A stretch of DNA of 20,000 nt from an uncultured virus (IMG/VR IMGVR_UViG_2924862757_000006) (Duplodnaviria; Heunggongvirae; Uroviricota; Caudoviricetes): the IMG/VR virus record IMGVR_UViG_2924862757_000006; one strand, 5' to 3'. A model generated the notes under the pieces. The model did no database searches. It saw nothing but the letters and a program-made list of their open reading frames with translations, and was not told the origin of the DNA. The position numbers and the translations under genes are program-made. Below are positions 16,264-20,000 of the stretch, piece after piece (the stretch's first letter is position 1; every line of letters starts with the position of its first letter).

Positions 16264-16341
16264 ATTTATGGAAAAAGTGAAAATTATAATGTCTTGTTTT
16301 ATAGATATTTATCATAGAATTGATTTCCAAGATTTTCCATT

Positions 16342-16375
16342 TTTGTAAAACTCGTTATTATACTCAATACATTTG
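16342..16375 (+). promoter_or_regulatory. putative promoter upstream of the lysis cassette
   Basis: TTTG (16342-16345), 22-nt spacer, TACATTTG (16368-16375); the spacer is slightly longer than consensus. Confidence 0.45.
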
Positions 16376-16410
16376 TTCCATACAGAATATTTTATTAATA
16401 ATTAAACGCT

Positions 16411-16704
16411 ATGAGTATGGGTATAAAAGTATTGTATGATTGGATTTTGCAATCTAACCGACCGGCACACGTCAAAGCCGGGATGTTCGTCTTTGTTGTA
16501 ATGCTTGCCTTCTGTTTCCTTCTATTAGGCATTGATTTCTGTGAATCTGCTATTGTTTCTTTAACGACAACCGCCATTGCCGCAATAGTGGTTGAGTACA
16601 TTCAGAAAAAGTGCGGGTTCATCTTTGATTGGCTTGACGCATTAGCTACTGTTTTGCTTCCTGGGCTGATTACTGTGTTTTCAATATTGGTAGTAACTTT
16701 ATGA
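16411..16704 (+). CDS. small membrane protein with about 3 TM segments (holin-like or VanZ-like)
   Basis: Three hydrophobic segments; HxxxG, ExxQ and DxxD residues (HVKAG, VEYIQ, FDWLDAL). Confidence 0.6.
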   Translation: MSMGIKVLYDWILQSNRPAHVKAGMFVFVVMLAFCFLLLGIDFCESAIVSLTTTAIAAIVVEYIQKKCGFIFDWLDALATVLLPGLITVFSILVVTL

Positions 16705-17228
16705 TTAATATTATGAGATGGTTATATGAGCTATTTAATGTAGACCAGATACGAATTATTTTCGTTTCGATGTTCAGTTCTCTTCTTGCTTATTTAACGC
16801 CGACTAAAGGTTTTCTTATAGCATTAGTTGTAATGTTTGGATTTAATATTTGGTGCGGAATGAGGGCTGATGGTGTTTCAATTATACGTTGTAAAAACTT
16901 TAAGTGGGATAAGTTTAAAAATGCCTTGGTTGAACTTCTTCTCTATCTTATAATCATTGAGGTAGTCTTCTCCTTTATGAGCTTGATAGGAGACGGTGAG
17001 AACTCATTGTTAGTTATTAAGACTATTACGTATGTATTTTCTTATGTATATCTTCAGAACGCATTTAAGAATCTGATTATTGCTTATCCTAGAAACAAAG
17101 GGTTTCGTATAATTTACCATGTAATACGTTTTGAATTTAAGCGGGCTACGCCTACACATGTACAAGGAATTATTGATAGAATCGAAAACGAACTAGATAA
17201 AGAGGAAAGATATGAAAATATTGATTGA
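16701..17228 (+). CDS. putative holin
   Basis: Several TM segments, a charged C-terminal tail (RIENELDKEERYENID), and overlap with the endolysin start. Confidence 0.7.
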   Translation: MINIMRWLYELFNVDQIRIIFVSMFSSLLAYLTPTKGFLIALVVMFGFNIWCGMRADGVSIIRCKNFKWDKFKNALVELLLYLIIIEVVFSFMSLIGDGENSLLVIKTITYVFSYVYLQNAFKNLIIAYPRNKGFRIIYHVIRFEFKRATPTHVQGIIDRIENELDKEERYENID

Positions 17229-17790
17229 TAACGGTCACGGTAGCAATACTCCGGGTAAGTGTTCTCCAGATGGCAGGTTAAGGGAATACTCCTATACCCG
17301 TGAAATTGCTGGGCGTGTAGTATTTGAATTGCGTAAATTAGGTATTGATGCGGAACTGGTTGTGAAAGAGGAAATAGATGTTCCTTTGTCAGAACGTTGT
17401 AGGCGAGTGAATGAATATAAGACTTCTGAAGCAATTCTTATTTCTATCCATTGCAATGCAGCCGGTAATGGTTTAAATTGGATGCAAGCACGTGGTTGGG
17501 AAGCATGGACCAGTGTGGGACAGACAAAAGCCGATAAGCTGGCTGACTGTCTGTATGCTACTGCTGAAGAATGTTTGTTTGGAATGAAAATACGGAAGGA
17601 TATGGCAGACGGTGATCCAGATAAGGAGAGTAGTTTTTATATCTTGAAACATACGAAGTGTCCGGCTGTTCTGACGGAGAATCTGTTTCAGGATAACAAA
17701 GAAGATGTGGATTTCCTGCTGTCAGAGGAGGGGAAACGGACTATTGTTTCTCTTCATGTGAAAGGAATTTGTAAATATCTGAAAGTATGA
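17212..17790 (+). CDS. endolysin, N-acetylmuramoyl-L-alanine amidase (Amidase_3)
   Basis: ILIDNGHG, LREY, LSERCRRVN, LISIHCNAAG and PAVLTENLF zinc-amidase motifs. Confidence 0.93.
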   Translation: MKILIDNGHGSNTPGKCSPDGRLREYSYTREIAGRVVFELRKLGIDAELVVKEEIDVPLSERCRRVNEYKTSEAILISIHCNAAGNGLNWMQARGWEAWTSVGQTKADKLADCLYATAEECLFGMKIRKDMADGDPDKESSFYILKHTKCPAVLTENLFQDNKEDVDFLLSEEGKRTIVSLHVKGICKYLKV

Positions 17791-18296
17791 AAATGCTAAT
17801 CTATATAACCATGTTCTTAACATTAGGAATATGGTTTGCTTCATGTAAGACTTCTCGCAATATTGGAATGCAAAAACAGGTGGATTATAGGGGAGAATTT
17901 CAGTTCCTTCGAAATGCTGTTGAGTCGCTAAGAACTGATGTAAGTAAACAAACGAAGATTACGACTGACAAATTGAGTGATTTGAAGATTGAAAATACAA
18001 CAGTTTATTTTTCTTCTCCTGATTCAATCGGGAAACAATATCCTATAAAAGAAAGTACTACTACTGCATCTAAGAGAGAGCAAGAACGAATGGAAATAGA
18101 TGAAACATTATCTTTAGCTTTGAAACAGTTTTCTAATAGGTTGGATTCGTTAAATGGTAAAGTTGATGTTATGTTGAATCTGAAAGAGAAGATAGTAGAG
18201 ATTTCTTGGTGGGATATATATAAAGGTAAATTGTATTGTGCTATTGTTGGCTTATTAATAATTATTTTTCTGCATTATGGTTATAGAAACAAGTAA
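17787..18296 (+). CDS. lipoprotein with C-terminal TM helix; candidate unimolecular spanin
   Basis: Signal peptide ending in lipobox FAS-C20; coiled-coil-like middle; C-terminal TM LYCAIVGLLIIIFLHY followed by basic residues; ATGA overlap with the endolysin stop. Confidence 0.65.
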   Translation: MKMLIYITMFLTLGIWFASCKTSRNIGMQKQVDYRGEFQFLRNAVESLRTDVSKQTKITTDKLSDLKIENTTVYFSSPDSIGKQYPIKESTTTASKREQERMEIDETLSLALKQFSNRLDSLNGKVDVMLNLKEKIVEISWWDIYKGKLYCAIVGLLIIIFLHYGYRNK

Positions 18297-18378
18297 TGCA
18301 CTTGTTGTATAGAGATTTACTTGTATAGAGTGTCTTGCAAAAAAGTCACTAATATTAAATATAGAATAAATATTTTAC

Positions 18379-18386
18379 TATATTTG
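18379..18386 (+). promoter_or_regulatory. putative -7 promoter box for the downstream moron
   Basis: TATATTTG matches TAnnTTTG and ends 35 nt before ATG 18422. Confidence 0.5.
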
Positions 18387-18421
18387 CGTTTGAGTAACTG
18401 TATTATGCATTGAAAAAGAAT

Positions 18422-19039
18422 ATGAATAAAAGAAACATTATAATTGTAACCATCTCTATTGCAACAAATATAGCGTGTATTGCTTTAACATTTTGGGGAA
18501 ATATTAAAAATAATGGTACTATAACAACTGATGCTTTCATTGGTATTATAGCCTCATTAATTGGAATCTGTGTAACGATTGTTGTTGGTTTCCAAATCGC
18601 TAACTTCCTTGAGTTACGTGAAGTAAGAAAGCAAGTGGAGCAGGTAGAAAAACAACGCGCGGAGCTTGAGGCATACAAACAATCTGTTACTGGTAATCTT
18701 CATACAGCAAGAGTTGGAGTAGCAAATGCTTTTGGTATTTTATCTGTAGTAGAAAGAGGAACATTGCTTGGATTTGCGGCACGAGTAAGTTCAATTGTAT
18801 GTGATAATCTATATTCAACACCTGGAGATATTTTGCTTGCGAGATATCAGCAGTTATATTCAGAAATGTCTCATTTTCTACAAACTGATGACTGTATTGA
18901 AATGATATACCCTATCATTAATAATCTTAAATATATTGATATACCTAAAGATAAGGAGCAATATAATGAAATAATGAAGTTGCATTTTGAAATTATTTCT
19001 GTAGTAGATAATGCAAAACAGAAAGCTGATAATAAATAG
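18422..19039 (+). CDS. membrane protein with two N-terminal TM helices and a coiled coil (accessory moron gene)
   Basis: TM segments IIIVTISIATNIACIALTFW and AFIGIIASLIGICVTIVVGF, then ELREVRKQVEQVEKQRAELE; AT-rich, with its own promoter box and terminator. Confidence 0.7.
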   Translation: MNKRNIIIVTISIATNIACIALTFWGNIKNNGTITTDAFIGIIASLIGICVTIVVGFQIANFLELREVRKQVEQVEKQRAELEAYKQSVTGNLHTARVGVANAFGILSVVERGTLLGFAARVSSIVCDNLYSTPGDILLARYQQLYSEMSHFLQTDDCIEMIYPIINNLKYIDIPKDKEQYNEIMKLHFEIISVVDNAKQKADNK

Positions 19040-19055
19040 AAATAATGATATGAGT

Positions 19056-19087
19056 AAGAGGTAGCCGAATAGCTACCTCTTTGTTTT
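19056..19087 (+). terminator. intrinsic terminator (possibly bidirectional)
   Basis: AAGAGGTAGC-CGAATA-GCTACCTCTT 10-bp perfect stem followed by TGTTTT. Confidence 0.75.
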
Positions 19088-19180
19088 GTAGCCCTCCCTA
19101 TCAACAGCACACAATCAAACTCCTTGGAAGGGTTACATAAGATAGTACTAATATATAATTGAAAAGTTCGGTAAGGATAT

Positions 19181-19253
19181 AAAAAAAGTGAGGGGAACCA
19201 CCCCCTCACCAAAGTCAAACCAAAATAATCCGAATTATGTCCGTATTATCTTG
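19181..19253 (-). ncRNA. candidate small RNA of about 70-75 nt
   Basis: Minus-strand -7 box TATCTTTG (19260-19267) with ATTG 19 nt upstream, then terminator GTGAGGGG-N6-CCCCTCAC-T7 (19181-19209); no ORF in between. Confidence 0.45.
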
Positions 19254-19290
19254 ATGTTGCAAAGATACTACTATTTTTTGATAAAGCAAT

Positions 19291-19322
19291 AAAAATCCCT
19301 GCATCGGCTCAAATGCAGGGAT
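19291..19322 (-). terminator. intrinsic terminator of the DUF5053-like operon
   Basis: ATCCCTGCAT-N8-ATGCAGGGAT 10-bp stem, with the T run on the minus strand, just past the stop at 19339. Confidence 0.75.
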
Positions 19323-19338
19323 GGTGTCAAATAAGAGC

Positions 19339-19788
19339 TTAACTGATTTTTAATGATGTCTGATGAATCATTTCGCTAACATCGTTCAAAGCGTTCAGGA
19401 ACGTTTTGAGTTCATTGTCAGTAAAGCGAGCCTTTTTCCCGTTGACCATATTCCCGTTAATACGCTGATATAGCCAGTTTCTACTTTTACCAAAATATTT
19501 CTTTGCAATATAACTGAATGAGATTGCTTCGGGCAATTCTCCAAGTTTATCACGTAATATGGCTTCTTCCGCTCTTTCTATATAATCATTGCAGGCGTTT
19601 ACCGTTGCTTTTAGCCCAGTTTCAGATGCTTTTTTGTAGGCTTCCTTTTGGGCTTCCGGTAGTTTATTATATTTATCCTGCATTTCCTTTTTGAAAGCTT
19701 CTTTTTCTTCTGTGGTTTTTAGTTCTTTGAATCTTTCAAAGTCAGCCTGCATTTCTTTTGTTGGCAGGCAATCATTCCAATCTACCAT
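19339..19788 (-). CDS. DUF5053-like HTH protein
   Basis: C-terminal ISFSYIAKKYFGKSRNWLYQRINGNMVNGKKARFT resembles the Bacteroidales DUF5053 family. Confidence 0.75.
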   Translation of the reverse strand: MVDWNDCLPTKEMQADFERFKELKTTEEKEAFKKEMQDKYNKLPEAQKEAYKKASETGLKATVNACNDYIERAEEAILRDKLGELPEAISFSYIAKKYFGKSRNWLYQRINGNMVNGKKARFTDNELKTFLNALNDVSEMIHQTSLKIS

Positions 19789-19829
19789 AGCTTTTAATGT
19801 TTGTCCCTCCCCGAAGGGAGGGATGTTAA

Positions 19830-20000
19830 TTACAACTTTTTTAATTTCTCTTGGATTTCGTTCATCCGATCGAGTATGTCATTTATAAGCGCTTCCCGTT
19901 CTTTGGCATTTTCAGGAACCCCATAGGCCTCGTGAAATGAAGCGAGAAGTTTTAAATTCTCATACTCTTGTTCTAATTCTTTTTTTTCTTCATCTTTCAT
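19830..20000 (-). CDS. small helical protein of at least 56 aa, not in the ORF track
   Basis: The reverse complement from 20000 reads MKDEEKKELEQEYENLKLLASFHEAYGVPENAKEREALINDILDRMNEIQEKLKKL-stop; it could extend beyond the window. Confidence 0.65.
   Translation of the reverse strand: MKDEEKKELEQEYENLKLLASFHEAYGVPENAKEREALINDILDRMNEIQEKLKKL

Noticed and set aside
18871..19218. 115-aa minus-strand ORF across the structured intergenic region
   Set aside because: It runs through terminator hairpins and antisense into the moron gene, with no protein-like features.
1..20000. Assignment to a named phage, or att sites and integrase
   Set aside because: No capsid, terminase or integrase genes are in the window, and identity cannot be established without a database search.

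Overview
Late-gene (tail and lysis) region of a temperate phage or prophage, most likely from a Bacteroides/Phocaeicola host (inferred from TAnnTTTG promoter boxes and a DUF5053-like gene). Order on the + strand: 3' end of a probable tape-measure gene, two hypothetical genes, an ECF-type sigma factor, a hicAB toxin-antitoxin moron, two putative tail proteins, a 2057-aa multidomain tail/adhesin protein (LamG-like, CotH-kinase-like and LRR-like segments), two paralogous C-type-lectin-fold proteins, and a complete diversity-generating retroelement (DGR). The DGR comprises VR 13871-13960, a GACA-loop hairpin, avd, TR 14628-14717 and RT; VR and TR differ at 15 positions, all TR adenines. A lysis cassette follows (membrane protein, holin, amidase, candidate unimolecular spanin), then an AT-rich membrane-protein moron, a structured intergenic region with candidate small RNAs, and a minus-strand small-ORF/DUF5053-like pair. 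DGRs are a known class. The less usual points here are: the TR lies in frame inside the RT ORF; a hairpin pairs the avd stop with the RT start; a non-diversified paralog sits beside the target gene; the tail protein carries a kinase-like domain; and GC shifts fall inside genes. All family assignments come from motif recognition by eye, not database searches.
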